From positions 134,502 through 198,501 of the forward strand of contig PYJD01000023.1 of the NCBI GenBank assembly GCA_003635315.1: 64,000 nucleotides of DNA. The letters run 5' to 3'. The position numbers were made by a program, and so were the translations under genes. Below the pieces are notes generated by a model that saw nothing but the letters and a program-made list of their open reading frames with translations, ran no database searches and was not told the DNA's origin. The first letter of the stretch is position 1. Each line of letters starts with the position of its first letter. This DNA comes from Candidatus Poribacteria bacterium. Its GTDB lineage: Bacteria > Poribacteria > WGA-4E > WGA-3G. Positions 31,607 to 41,385 of this stretch are shown one piece after another.

Positions 31607-31649
31607 GTTAGAATGGATACGGTTAAATGATACGGAGCAATATAGATTG

Positions 31650-32945
31650 ATGTTTCAGATACTTGATATACAAACTCCTGAAGCCGAAAGATTTCTTAAC
31701 AAGTTGAATGAACGCGGTAGATTAACAGATGAAGATATTCTCAAAACGGTTAGACGTACTTTGTCAGATGTACAAGATGAAGGTGATAAAGCTGTTGCCC
31801 GATATACTCGCAAATTTGACGCACCACGCCTAACTTCCAAAGGTCTCAGAGTTCAACCAAAAGAATTCAAAAACGCATATTCTGAGGTTAAAGAAGACTT
31901 TATTGACGCAATTAAGCATGCTAAGAAAAACATTCAAGATTTTCATCAAAAGCAAATTAGGTCATCATGGTTTTCTACTGAACAAGATGGCGTCTTACTT
32001 GGACATATAATCAACCCACTTAAACGGGTAGGGGTTTGTGTGCCTTCTGTCAGTCAACTCTTAGTTTCATCACTGTTGATGAGTGTTGTTCCTGCAAAAG
32101 TTGCAGGTGTCGAAGAAATTGTAGTATGTATGGGTCCAATGAGGAATCGGCAAATTAATCCACACATGTTAGTTGCTGCAGCTGAATGTGAAATTGATGA
32201 AATATATAAATGTGGCGGTGCACAGGCTGTTGGGGCTATGGCTTATGGAACTGAGACAATTTCACCAGTAGACAAAATCGTAGGTCCTGGCAACCTATAT
32301 GTACAACTCGCAAAAAAAGAGGTATATGGCTACGTAGATATTGATAAATTAGCAGGTCCCAGTGAGATTCTCGTCATTGCAGACAGTACTGCTGACCCAG
32401 ATTATGTTGCTGCTGACCTAATTTCTCAAGCTGAACACGGTCCTGAATGTTCCGCTATTCTAATTACTACATCACGAGGGTTTGCTGAACAAGTAAAAGC
32501 AGCTGTTGAAATACAAGCACGCACTTTTCCACGACAATATGAACTCGTTAAAGCATTTGAAAATTATGGTGGTGCCTTTTTAGTGAATGATATTGATGAA
32601 GCAATAGATCTTACAAACAATATTGCACCTGAACATGTAGAATTACATTTGGAAGATCCGTTTGATCGGATAGGACATATTAGAAATGCTGGAGCAATTC
32701 TTATCGGTCCTTATTCTCCTGAAGCCGTAGGTGATTACATCGCCGGTCCTAACCATATTTTACCTACAGGAAGGGCTGCCCGTTACGCATCTCCATTAAG
32801 TGTTGATGATTTCCTAAAGAAGACAAGCTTAATATCATATACAAAAACTGCATTAGAGAAGGTCACACCTGATGCTGTTGAACTCGCTCAAATTGAAGGA
32901 TTAGAAGGGCATGCCGCTGCATTGAGAATTAGATTTGAAGAATAA
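31650..32945 (+). CDS. hisD: Histidinol dehydrogenase
   Basis: KTVRRTLSDVQDEGDKAVARYTRKFD aligns to E. coli HisD RTVNDILDNVKARGDEALREYSAKFD. QAEHGPECSAILITTS is also present. The ORF track starts at 31593, overlapping murA; the in-frame ATG at 31650 fits HisD length better. Confidence 0.85.
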   Translation: MFQILDIQTPEAERFLNKLNERGRLTDEDILKTVRRTLSDVQDEGDKAVARYTRKFDAPRLTSKGLRVQPKEFKNAYSEVKEDFIDAIKHAKKNIQDFHQKQIRSSWFSTEQDGVLLGHIINPLKRVGVCVPSVSQLLVSSLLMSVVPAKVAGVEEIVVCMGPMRNRQINPHMLVAAAECEIDEIYKCGGAQAVGAMAYGTETISPVDKIVGPGNLYVQLAKKEVYGYVDIDKLAGPSEILVIADSTADPDYVAADLISQAEHGPECSAILITTSRGFAEQVKAAVEIQARTFPRQYELVKAFENYGGAFLVNDIDEAIDLTNNIAPEHVELHLEDPFDRIGHIRNAGAILIGPYSPEAVGDYIAGPNHILPTGRAARYASPLSVDDFLKKTSLISYTKTALEKVTPDAVELAQIEGLEGHAAALRIRFEE

Positions 32946-33010
32946 TCTATATACCAAGAAAACACAAACTTCATTGATACTATGGTAGATTATATAATTA
33001 ATTCCACATA

Positions 33011-33185
33011 CTGTCTTGTAGGCGGGGAATGCCAATAAGGCATTCATACCCGGTGAATGCTAAACAGCATTCATACCGTTGATTCCTTGATTTGTATTCC
33101 GATTCCCAATTGTCAAAGGGTTTGATCGCGATTCGGAGATCGCTCCCGACGAATACCAAAAGCGTATTCGACGTTGATTCACAAA
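33011..33185. repeat. Cluster of small hairpin repeats (cttgtaggcggggaatgcc..cattcataccc; gaatgct..agcattcataccgttgattc; cgaataccaaaagcgtattcg)
   Basis: Nearly identical to 45957-46005 over ~45 bp. Similar hairpins occur at 38508, 38585 and 39785. Confidence 0.6.
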
Positions 33186-33246
33186 TAAGGTGTGTAATTA
33201 TGTCAATATTTCACCATATACAAATGATGAGTTACGATATCCTACC

Positions 33247-33888
33247 ATGACAACAATTTCAACTTTTTCTATCGTCGGTTTTGATCCTGAAAATAATGAG
33301 TTAGGTGTTGCTGTTCAATCAAAGTTTTTCGCTGTGGGTTCTGTTGTACCATGGGCTGAAGCCGGGATCGGTGCTGTCGCAACCCAATCTTGGGCAAATA
33401 CTACTTATGGACCCAGAGGATTAGAACTATTGAAGATAGGACTCTCTACACAACAAACTTTAGACCATCTGATTGAAGATGATCCTGGAAGTAAAACACG
33501 TCAGGTGGGTATTATTGACGCAAAGGGAAATGTGGCAAACTTTACTGGTGAAGAATGTCATGATTGGGCTGGGGCTTATTCTGGCGAGAATTACACCGCA
33601 CAAGGCAATTTACTTACTGGAGAAGATGTGGTAGAAAACATGGGATTGACATTTGAGAAAACAAAAGGAGAATTGGCGGATAAATTAATTGCTGCTCTTT
33701 TTGCTGGTCAGAAAAGTGGTGGAGATAAACGAGGACAACAATCTGCTGCATTATTAATCGTTAAAAAAAACGGTGGATATAGCGGGTTTAATGACCGATA
33801 TATTGATCTACGGGTTGATGACGCTGAAAAACCAATTCAAGAACTAAATAGACTTTTACAAATTCATAAGAAACTTATACCCCGATAA
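33247..33888 (+). CDS. DUF1028-family protein (Ntn-hydrolase-like)
   Basis: N-terminus MTTISTFSIVGFDPENNELGVAVQSKFFAVGSVVPWAEAGIGAVATQSW matches the DUF1028 consensus (TFSIVARDPETGELGVAVQSK...). Confidence 0.6.
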   Translation: MTTISTFSIVGFDPENNELGVAVQSKFFAVGSVVPWAEAGIGAVATQSWANTTYGPRGLELLKIGLSTQQTLDHLIEDDPGSKTRQVGIIDAKGNVANFTGEECHDWAGAYSGENYTAQGNLLTGEDVVENMGLTFEKTKGELADKLIAALFAGQKSGGDKRGQQSAALLIVKKNGGYSGFNDRYIDLRVDDAEKPIQELNRLLQIHKKLIPR

Positions 33889-34039
33889 TTGATAGCACAC
33901 AACTAACGGTTATCTGACTTCCATTTAACTGAACAATTGACACCTACAGGTTTAGTGTTAATAATTTATTGACTTTTATTCTCTCTTGTGCTTAAAATCT
34001 TAATAAATCTAACTCTCATATTTTATAGAGGTGTTTCTA

Positions 34040-34822
34040 ATGCTAACCCAAGAACAAGTTGATTTTTATAACGAGAATGGATATCTCAAAGTAGATCAAC
34101 TTTTTTCTACTGAGGATACAGAAGAATTGGCATCTGAAATGGTGCGCATTATCAATAATTGGGGACAGGAAACAATTGGTTGGCCTGGTCCTTGGCGGAC
34201 AAAGTATCTAAATGAAGAAGATCAACAAACGACTAAAGCTGTGTTTATGCACAATCCACATTTTTATTCCGCAGCTTGGGGTAGAGTCATCTTCCATGAA
34301 CGTCTAACTGGAGCTGTTCAATCTCTTATTGGAGATAGAGTCCAATGGCACCATACTGTCTTACATGCAAAACCTCCTGAAAAAGGCACTCCTTTCCCTA
34401 TGCATCAAGACTACCCATTCTACCCGCATGATGGGCTTGATTTTGTTGATTGTCTTGTTCATCTGGATGATGCTCCTTTTGAAAGTGGTGCTTTAAGAGT
34501 TGTTCCAGGGAGTCATAAAGAAGGTCCACGCGAACACATCACCGGTGAAGGTACTGCACCCCACCTACCCACTGACAAATTCCATCCGGACTTTATTGAC
34601 TCTATTCCTGTACCGGCAAATGCTGGGGATGTGATTTTCTTTAGTTATTGTTTGATTCATTGGTCAGAAGTCAATCGCACAGACCAATGGAGAAAAGCTG
34701 TACGCTTTGGATATCACACTCCTGACATGCGACCTGTTGGAAGAGATCCAAATGAACCATATAACAACATTATGGCAGGTGGTTTTAAAGATAATCCTGC
34801 TGCAGATGATTTACAGATATAA
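34040..34822 (+). CDS. Phytanoyl-CoA dioxygenase (PhyH)-family Fe(II)/2-oxoglutarate oxygenase
   Basis: MLTQEQVDFYNENGYLKVDQLFS N-terminus; HQDYPF...D and a distal H. AGAGGTG RBS 7 nt upstream of the ATG at 34040. Confidence 0.75.
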   Translation: MLTQEQVDFYNENGYLKVDQLFSTEDTEELASEMVRIINNWGQETIGWPGPWRTKYLNEEDQQTTKAVFMHNPHFYSAAWGRVIFHERLTGAVQSLIGDRVQWHHTVLHAKPPEKGTPFPMHQDYPFYPHDGLDFVDCLVHLDDAPFESGALRVVPGSHKEGPREHITGEGTAPHLPTDKFHPDFIDSIPVPANAGDVIFFSYCLIHWSEVNRTDQWRKAVRFGYHTPDMRPVGRDPNEPYNNIMAGGFKDNPAADDLQI

Positions 34823-35019
34823 TCGATAATTTTTTATTCATTAATTAATGAGCAGGTAATAATATTGGCTTCGTTGCCGATATTATTACCATACTATAAT
34901 CATTATTCCTAATAACGAATCCATAATCAACCGCTACAAATATACAATTTATTGAATTCAGATTCACCATAAATCTAATTCAATTGAAAAACTAAAATTT
35001 CTTTTGGCAGATTTATATT

Positions 35020-36330
35020 ATGAAAAATAAAATGGTATCACACATACTCACGCTGTTTATTATCATTCTCTTGACTACATATTTCGTTCCAATATTAAAC
35101 GCACAAACCCCAACACTTGCACAGAGAGTATTTGAGAAATATGAAGCACTTCTTTTAAGAGAGGATATATTAGAACTTATTCCTATCGTATTAGAAGAAT
35201 TAAAGAAACCAGAAAATCAGGAACTTCTAAATCCAGCAACGATTAATCTTGTCGTGGATAAACCAGATCTAATCGAGACTTTTTTACCTGATATAGATGA
35301 AAAGTTTATAACGTTATTAAAAGAGGATCAGTTAATTCAGTCTTTCCTTAGAGATCCTGATGTACAAGAATTACTACAAAATCCTGACGCCATAGATGAA
35401 CTGAATGAAATAATTCAGGAAAGTTTACTGAGTCTGGCTGAGAGAATTTACGATAGATATGTTGACTTTTTTGAAAGAGAAGATATACTCCTGATTCTAC
35501 CAGAAGTACTTGGAGAAATTAAGAAACCTAAAAATCAAGAACGGTTACCACCCGCTACAATTAAACTCGTCATTGAGGATCCAGACCTACTTAAGACCAT
35601 ACTGGTTCATATTGACGAAGAATTCATCACTTTAATGAAAGAAGATGTTGAACTGAAAACAGTATTATCTGATCCAGATGTTCAATTATTACTTCAAAAT
35701 CCTGATGCCATTGATGAACTCGCTGTAATTCTAAATATTGAGATCATAATGAATATTTTCGTTAAGATTTCTCCATCCTCATTAGAATCACCTCCTGTAG
35801 GGGATTTACTTACTATCACTGTTGACATAGAGGATGGATTCAATGTTGGTGGATACGAAGGGATATTGAACTATGATACTACTGCTCTTCAATTTGTTTC
35901 ATTAGAACATGGTACATTTCTGACTGGTAACGTGTTTCCAGTGGCTACAAAAGTGGAAAATGGTCAAATCTCTTTTGCACAAATCTCCACTGACACAATT
36001 GCTAAAGAACATATTGGAACGTTAGTAACAATAACCTTTGAGGTAATTAATGCAACTGCTACAGAATTAATTCTATCTGATGTGATAATTGGCGCTCTCG
36101 GTGGCATTTCTCTACCTACTGTTATAGAGAATGCTGAAATCCTTGAACCACAATCAAACACGCCGTGGGATGTAAACAATGATGGGCAAGTCAACATACT
36201 TGATCTTACTTTTGTAGCATCATATTTTGGTGTTGATAATCCACCTTCTAATGCCGATGTTAACGGAGATGGGAAGGTTAACATCTTAGATTTAACCCTT
36301 ATCGCAAGTCATTTTGGAGAACAAGTATAG
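35020..36330 (+). CDS. Secreted protein with an internally duplicated ~100-aa helical module, a cohesin-like domain and two C-terminal dockerin repeats
   Basis: Signal peptide MKNKMVSHILTLFIIILLTTYFVPILNA. Two repeats (...EDILELIPIVLEELKKPENQELLNPATINLV... and ...EDILLILPEVLGEIKKPKNQERLPPATIKLV...). Dockerin pair DVNNDGQVNILDLTFVASYFG / DVNGDGKVNILDLTLIASHFG. Confidence 0.65.
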   Translation: MKNKMVSHILTLFIIILLTTYFVPILNAQTPTLAQRVFEKYEALLLREDILELIPIVLEELKKPENQELLNPATINLVVDKPDLIETFLPDIDEKFITLLKEDQLIQSFLRDPDVQELLQNPDAIDELNEIIQESLLSLAERIYDRYVDFFEREDILLILPEVLGEIKKPKNQERLPPATIKLVIEDPDLLKTILVHIDEEFITLMKEDVELKTVLSDPDVQLLLQNPDAIDELAVILNIEIIMNIFVKISPSSLESPPVGDLLTITVDIEDGFNVGGYEGILNYDTTALQFVSLEHGTFLTGNVFPVATKVENGQISFAQISTDTIAKEHIGTLVTITFEVINATATELILSDVIIGALGGISLPTVIENAEILEPQSNTPWDVNNDGQVNILDLTFVASYFGVDNPPSNADVNGDGKVNILDLTLIASHFGEQV

Positions 36331-36363
36331 TAAACCATCTGTTAGATTGTGTTGGTATTTGTA
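36331..36363. repeat. Isolated unit of the 32-bp hairpin repeat, followed by a GC-rich hairpin (36417-36455)
   Basis: ttagattgtgttggtatttgtagcacaatctg, with GATTGTG/CACAATC forming a 7-bp stem. The GC hairpin ccggtaggtgcggtttgtaaccgtaccgg recurs as cccggtaggcgcggtttgcaaccgcgccg at 45847-45880. Confidence 0.7.
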
Positions 36364-36488
36364 GCACAATCTGTATGAAGTTTAATTATTAAAATCGGTA
36401 ATTCTAATTTACCGCTGCCCCGGTAGGTGCGGTTTGTAACCGTACCGGATTTCGTCAAGATATTACCGAATGATTAAATTAATCTTCA

Positions 36489-36796
36489 TTTAGATTGTGT
36501 ATGTAGCACATTCTTTTAGATTGTGTTGGTGTATGTAGCACATTCTTTTAGATTGTGTTGGTGTATGTAGCACATTCTTTTAGATTGTGTTGGTGTATGT
36601 AGCACATTCTTTTAGATTGTGTTGGTATTTGTAGCACAATCTGTTAGATTGTGCCCGTGATTGTAGCACAATCTGTTAGATTGTGCCCGTGATTGTAGCA
36701 CATTCTTTTAGATTGTGTTGGTGTATGTAGCACATTCTTTTAGATCGTGCCCGTGATTGTAGCACATTCTTTAGATTGTGTATGTAGAGATCCTCT
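36489..36796. repeat. Tandem array of ~10 head-to-tail 32-bp units with no spacers; each unit is a hairpin. It lies between convergent genes.
   Basis: The unit is ttagattgtg-N10-tagcaca(a/t)tct(g/t). Three variants of the central 10-mer occur (ttggtgtatg, ttggtatttg, cccgtgattg). The units are directly abutting, so this is not a CRISPR array. Confidence 0.85.
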
Positions 36797-36847
36797 AACA
36801 GATGTATTCAATTAATTCTAAAGTTCACTATAACCTAACACTGAACA

Positions 36848-37864
36848 TCAAGCCTTATAAAACTCTACTGTCCTACCTGCCATATCCGCGACCTTTTCTA
36901 TTAACTTCTGACGCTCATCCTCTTTCATTCCATTGAATTTCTTCGCTAAATCTATTTTCTCTTTCATTTGTTGCGCATTATCAGGTCCAGTAACAAGTGT
37001 ACTCACAGGAAATGACCAGACAAAACGGATTGCCTCAGATATACTTACCCTATTAGGAATGACTCTCGGATTCGGACCATGTCTACCGTGTTTTGTTCCG
37101 CCAAAGAATCCTCCATTTGCCAACGATTTCATACCTATTACACCTATATTTCGTTCAACGAGTTTAGGTATAATCGTTTCAATAAAACTTTCATAATTAA
37201 TATCGGTTAAATTCACGGGCAACTGACAAGCATCAAATATATCAGAGTGATGCATCACACGTTGATGAGCAGAAGGGCTTGTATGTCCTGTAAAACCAAT
37301 AAATCTTGTTTTACCTGAATTCTTAGCTTCTTCCATCACATCAAATACACCGCCATTTACCCTACCATCAACATCCTCAGGATTACGAACAGCGTGTACT
37401 TGCCAAAGGTCTATTTGGTCAGTATTAAGACGTGCAAGAGTTCCTTCAAGATGTTTTCTGGCAGTATCTGCATCACGCGCAGTTGTTTTAGACATGATAA
37501 ATACATCATCACGATATTTCGGTACTAAGAGTTTACCTAAACGTTCTTCACTACCACCGGATTGGTAGGATTCTGCTGAATCAAAAAAGCGAACACCACC
37601 CTCAAGGGCAGTTTCAATGGTCTTTTGTGCTTCTTTCTCTGTCATATCACCGATATGCCAACCACCCACTCCTAACATCGTTACTGTCTCATTCGTTCTA
37701 CCGAATTTTCGTAATGGAAGAAGTTTACCTAACCTATCGCTTGATTGTGGGGTTTGACCATCAGAATTGGATGAAGATAGAAGTATACCTGTTGTCAATC
37801 CGGCCAAAGTTCTTAAAAATCCACGTCGATCAATCATGTAATCACCTCCATATCCATAATACAT
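36848..37864 (-). CDS. Aldo/keto reductase with a twin-arginine (Tat) signal peptide
   Basis: MIDRRGFLRTLAGLTTGILLSS Tat motif; AKR motifs GVRFFDSAESY and DLWQVHAV. Confidence 0.8.
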   Translation of the reverse strand: MYYGYGGDYMIDRRGFLRTLAGLTTGILLSSSNSDGQTPQSSDRLGKLLPLRKFGRTNETVTMLGVGGWHIGDMTEKEAQKTIETALEGGVRFFDSAESYQSGGSEERLGKLLVPKYRDDVFIMSKTTARDADTARKHLEGTLARLNTDQIDLWQVHAVRNPEDVDGRVNGGVFDVMEEAKNSGKTRFIGFTGHTSPSAHQRVMHHSDIFDACQLPVNLTDINYESFIETIIPKLVERNIGVIGMKSLANGGFFGGTKHGRHGPNPRVIPNRVSISEAIRFVWSFPVSTLVTGPDNAQQMKEKIDLAKKFNGMKEDERQKLIEKVADMAGRTVEFYKA

Positions 37865-38221
37865 AGATTGAATTTTATAGTCAACAATAAAAATCTATTG
37901 TTTTATATTAAGGCATTTAGATTCTTGCCGTAACTGACTACAGAAAAGGCATCAGTTGGTGGTTAATACAATCCAAACACATCTCCTTACACAAACCCCT
38001 CTTCTCCGTGATTCTGATTAAATTAAAAAATAATGAAGAAAATCTATACACAAACATCTAAAGTAACATAAGTGAAAAATAAGGTTGAAATATCATTCCT
38101 AACAACCGGTAATGAGATCAAGGTATAACCATGAATCCTATACGAATTGCAGAACTAAGGACTGAGCATTTGAAGATGTATAAAAAAGGGAAGGAATTTC
38201 TAATCATATTTGATTGATTTC

Positions 38222-38470
38222 TACCCTCTTGTAGGTCGGGTAGAGGAACGAAACCCGACACGTGTTGATTGGATCTATCCTGGTGTGATTTGTACCTCAA
38301 CCCATATGTGTCAACTCAGTGATTACCTGTCTTGTAGGTCGGGTAGAGGAACGAAACCCGACGAATTCCATATGCGGATTCGGCGTTGATTTGGACACGT
38401 GTTGATTGGATCTATCCTGGTGTGATTCGTACCTCAACCCCATATGTGTCAACTTGGTGGTTTATAGTTG
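38222..38470. repeat. Two tandem copies of a ~105-170-bp palindromic (MITE/REP-like) element
   Basis: cttgtaggtcgggtagaggaacgaaacccgac ... acgtgttgattggatctatcctggtgtgattNgtacctcaacccatatgtgtcaact occurs twice. The 5' end (gggtagaggaac) and 3' end (gtacctcaaccc) are imperfect inverted repeats. Confidence 0.65.
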
Positions 38471-38499
38471 TCTGATATTGATGTCTTTAGTCCCGTCAA

Positions 38500-38600
38500 A
38501 TGCCACACGGTGAATGTCTAAATGACATTCATACCCACCGAATTCCACAAGCGGATTCGGTGTTGATTTCGGGGAATACTAAATAGAATTCATACCGTTG
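38500..38600. repeat. Hairpin repeats of the gaatgNN-loop-NNcattcataccc / ccgaattccacaagcggattcgg family
   Basis: ggtgaatgtctaaatgacattcataccc, then ccgaattccacaagcggattcggtgttgatttcgg, then gaattcataccgttgattccttgattcc. Related copies lie at 33020-33185, 39785-39850 and 45970-46000. Confidence 0.55.
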
Positions 38601-39203
38601 ATTCCTTGATTCCTTGATTTGGCACATTTGGCGTTGATTGGTACGGACTATATGTATTAATGTAATCTTACATCAATAACAAATGTAAATAAGTATAAAT
38701 TAGTATCACAAAATATAACTTTTTCCTTGACTCATGATTTTTATTATGTTACTATATATATTACAATAAAAACACCACTTGAAAAGTTGTTGTGAAACTT
38801 TCACAACAGTTGTGAATGGAAAATAAAATCTCAGATGTCTACAAACCTATACCAGATAAGGGTTTACACCACATATAACAAGTACAGAGCATAAAAATTA
38901 AAAAATAAAAATAAAATATAGGTTTTTCAGAAATATCTATAAACCCAATCTAAGACTGGCTTTAGGGCATTTTAAAACATGGTGTTTAAAAAAATGTGTT
39001 GTGAAAAGGCTATTTGTTATTACGAACTAAAGGAGAACTTTTAAGTCAACCCATGAACATACTACCGAAATTCAGTATATCTCACAAAATGATAAACAAA
39101 AAACCGAAATGATTACCCTTAATTGTTAGAACTTATGAGATATATACTACGAAGGAATCCACAAAGTAAACTTTTTTTATTTTTTAATAGAAAATCGTAA
39201 ATT

Positions 39204-39692
39204 GCCTGTAAACATAGATGGGGACAGACCTAACAGCGACTATACTAAAATTGGGGTTACAGAAAAAAGTTACGATTTCGTAACTTTTTACATAAATACA
39301 GAAAACTTTCTAATGACTATCCAATACTTTCAAATTAATCTTAAAAATAGCATCACCTATACCATTTCTGAGAGAGAAAGCTGTATGGATGGTTTATGGG
39401 TATGTCATCTAATTAGGTACACCCTAAAATTTTATGTTGCAATAATGAGAAATTATTATTTAGAAAATGTATTACAAATGTCTGTATCAGATATACCCCC
39501 AAAAAATATAAAAAATAAAAAAGTAGAAGGACACAAAATAACACAATTCAAGAATTCTTACTATTCTAAAAAAACACCGATGAACGCAGACTATGACAGG
39601 GCGGACAGCAGTTTTACTAATGACACAAAATGTGTCAAAAAGTGTAACATTTTTAACAAAATAAATAATATATATTACAAATGTGAAAATTG
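39204..39692 (+). repeat. Copy C of the dispersed ~480-bp non-coding element, ending ~330 bp upstream of the LamG gene
   Basis: Aligns end-to-end with the reverse complement of 2817-3290 at ~75-80% identity. Its 3' core gactatgacagggcggacagcagttttactaatgacacaaaatgtgtcaaaaagtgtaacatttttaac is shared with copies A and D. Confidence 0.6.
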
Positions 39693-40032
39693 AAAAGCCA
39701 ATAAAACAGAGGATTTTTATACTAAATTCTATATAATTAGTTCCCATTACGAACACTCTTTATTGTCGTTCTGAGGATGGATGGGAATGACATTAAGACT
39801 TTCATTCCCATCGAATTCTATACGCCGATTCGACCTTGATTTGGTAGGGACGATATGTTTATAAGGCGAAGTTTTGATACCTACAAGTACAAGAAATCAT
39901 TTGACTTTTCAAGGCAAATTTGCTATCCTTAAATATTGAAATAGTCCTATGTGTAAATAGGTTTAATATATGTTTTGCCTCTATTAGGATATATATGCTA
40001 AACAAGAATTATTATATAATTCAAGGATTAAT

Positions 40033-40812
40033 ATGAAATACAATATAAATAAAAGAAAGTGTTTTGCTTACATAATCGGTTTGTCTATCTTTATGTTCTC
40101 GGTCTCAATCTTCACTGGAATAGTAAATGCTGAAGAGCTTGTTTTACATTTGTCATTTGATGAGCTTAATGGAAAGGTATCCAAAGATACATCTAAATTT
40201 CGAAATGATGTAACCTTCACAGGATCACCTAAACTTGTCGACGGTAAATTTGGTAAAGCAATTGATTTTGATGGGAAAACTCATGGAGAAGTTCCTGATC
40301 ATTCCAGTATTGATATTGTTGATGGAATTACAATAGAATTCTGGGCAAAATTAAGAGCTGGGGCTGATGTCCAAACTGGTGTTGAAAAAGGTCCCGCATG
40401 GGGTGCCGGTTTATATACACTCGCTGCCTTCTATCGTGGTGGTTCTATTTTGCAATTCTTTGATTTGCCAGATAACTGTGATGATGAAAATGTTGGCGGA
40501 AGTATACTTGATAATACTTGGCATTTTATGGCTGGTACATGGGACGGTAATACCATCAAGCTTTATATTGATGGTGTTTTAGATAAAGAATTAGAGTGTA
40601 AAGGTGAACTTATTCCAAACAATGGAGCATTATATATCGGTGCAAGGGGTGGAAAAGAACGGTACGTCACCGGGGCACTTGATGAAATTAAGATGTATAA
40701 CTATGCTCTAACTGAGGATGAGTTACTTACGGATATGGACAATCCATTACTTTTAAACGTAGAACCAAAAGGAAAACTCACAACTACCTGGGCACGGCTT
40801 AAGGCGAAATAA
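40033..40812 (+). CDS. Secreted concanavalin-A-like lectin/glucanase (LamG-type) domain protein ending in TTTWARLKAK
   Basis: Signal peptide MKYNINKRKCFAYIIGLSIFMFSVSIFTGIVNA. LamG pattern LVLHLSFDE...GKFGKAIDFDG...ITIEFWAKL...NTWHFMAGTWDGNTIKLYIDGV. Shared C-terminal motif. Confidence 0.65.
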   Translation: MKYNINKRKCFAYIIGLSIFMFSVSIFTGIVNAEELVLHLSFDELNGKVSKDTSKFRNDVTFTGSPKLVDGKFGKAIDFDGKTHGEVPDHSSIDIVDGITIEFWAKLRAGADVQTGVEKGPAWGAGLYTLAAFYRGGSILQFFDLPDNCDDENVGGSILDNTWHFMAGTWDGNTIKLYIDGVLDKELECKGELIPNNGALYIGARGGKERYVTGALDEIKMYNYALTEDELLTDMDNPLLLNVEPKGKLTTTWARLKAK

Positions 40813-40821
40813 GGCTACTTC

Positions 40822-41385
40822 ATGAAGAATATTTTTTATATTATACCATTATTATTTATTGCATGTTATCTAACTGCATGTTCTCTTCTTCCAGGTGCTA
40901 ATCAATCAGGGGAAAATGTTGCTGTACTTACGACTGAAAAAGGCACCATCGTGATTGAGTTTTATGACGAATCTGCCCCTGTGGCAGTTGAAAACTTCAG
41001 AAAATTAATCAGTATGAAATTCTATGATGGATTAACATTCCATCGCATTGTCAACCAACCAGGATTAAATATTGTTCAGGGAGGGTGTCCAAAAGGAGAT
41101 GGAACTGGCGACCCAGGTTGGAAAATTGTTGATGAATATACCAATCCAAATCAGCGGAAACACATAAGAGGAACTGTCGCTATGGCTCGAGCAAGCATGC
41201 CAAACTCCTCTGGATGTCAGTTTTACATCTGTCTAAAACCACAGCCTCATCTTGATGGACAATATACTACCTTTGGTGGTGTAATTCAAGGGATGCATGT
41301 CGTCGATATGTTAGCTATAGGCGACAGAATCACCACTATACGTTTGGAGGCTAAGTCGAAATATGTTAAGGCAGCAGAGAATTAA
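40822..41385 (+). CDS. ppiB: Cyclophilin-type peptidyl-prolyl cis-trans isomerase, lipoprotein
   Basis: Lipobox LTACSLL. Motifs FHRIVNQPGLNIVQGGCPKGDGTG and MARASMPNSSGCQFYI. Confidence 0.85.
   Translation: MKNIFYIIPLLFIACYLTACSLLPGANQSGENVAVLTTEKGTIVIEFYDESAPVAVENFRKLISMKFYDGLTFHRIVNQPGLNIVQGGCPKGDGTGDPGWKIVDEYTNPNQRKHIRGTVAMARASMPNSSGCQFYICLKPQPHLDGQYTTFGGVIQGMHVVDMLAIGDRITTIRLEAKSKYVKAAEN

Noticed and set aside
36489-36796. Possible CRISPR array (regular ~32-bp direct repeats)
   Set aside because: Units abut each other with no unique spacers, and only three variants of an internal 10-mer occur. No cas genes are nearby. I call it a tandem hairpin repeat.
39202-39693. 163-aa ORF inside repeat copy C, with short ORFs in the other copies (2812..3185 minus strand, 57672..58050)
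   Set aside because: Copies are conserved at nucleotide level, but frameshifting indels between copies A and D and between B and C mean no reading frame is maintained. There is no RBS. Treated as non-coding repeat sequence.
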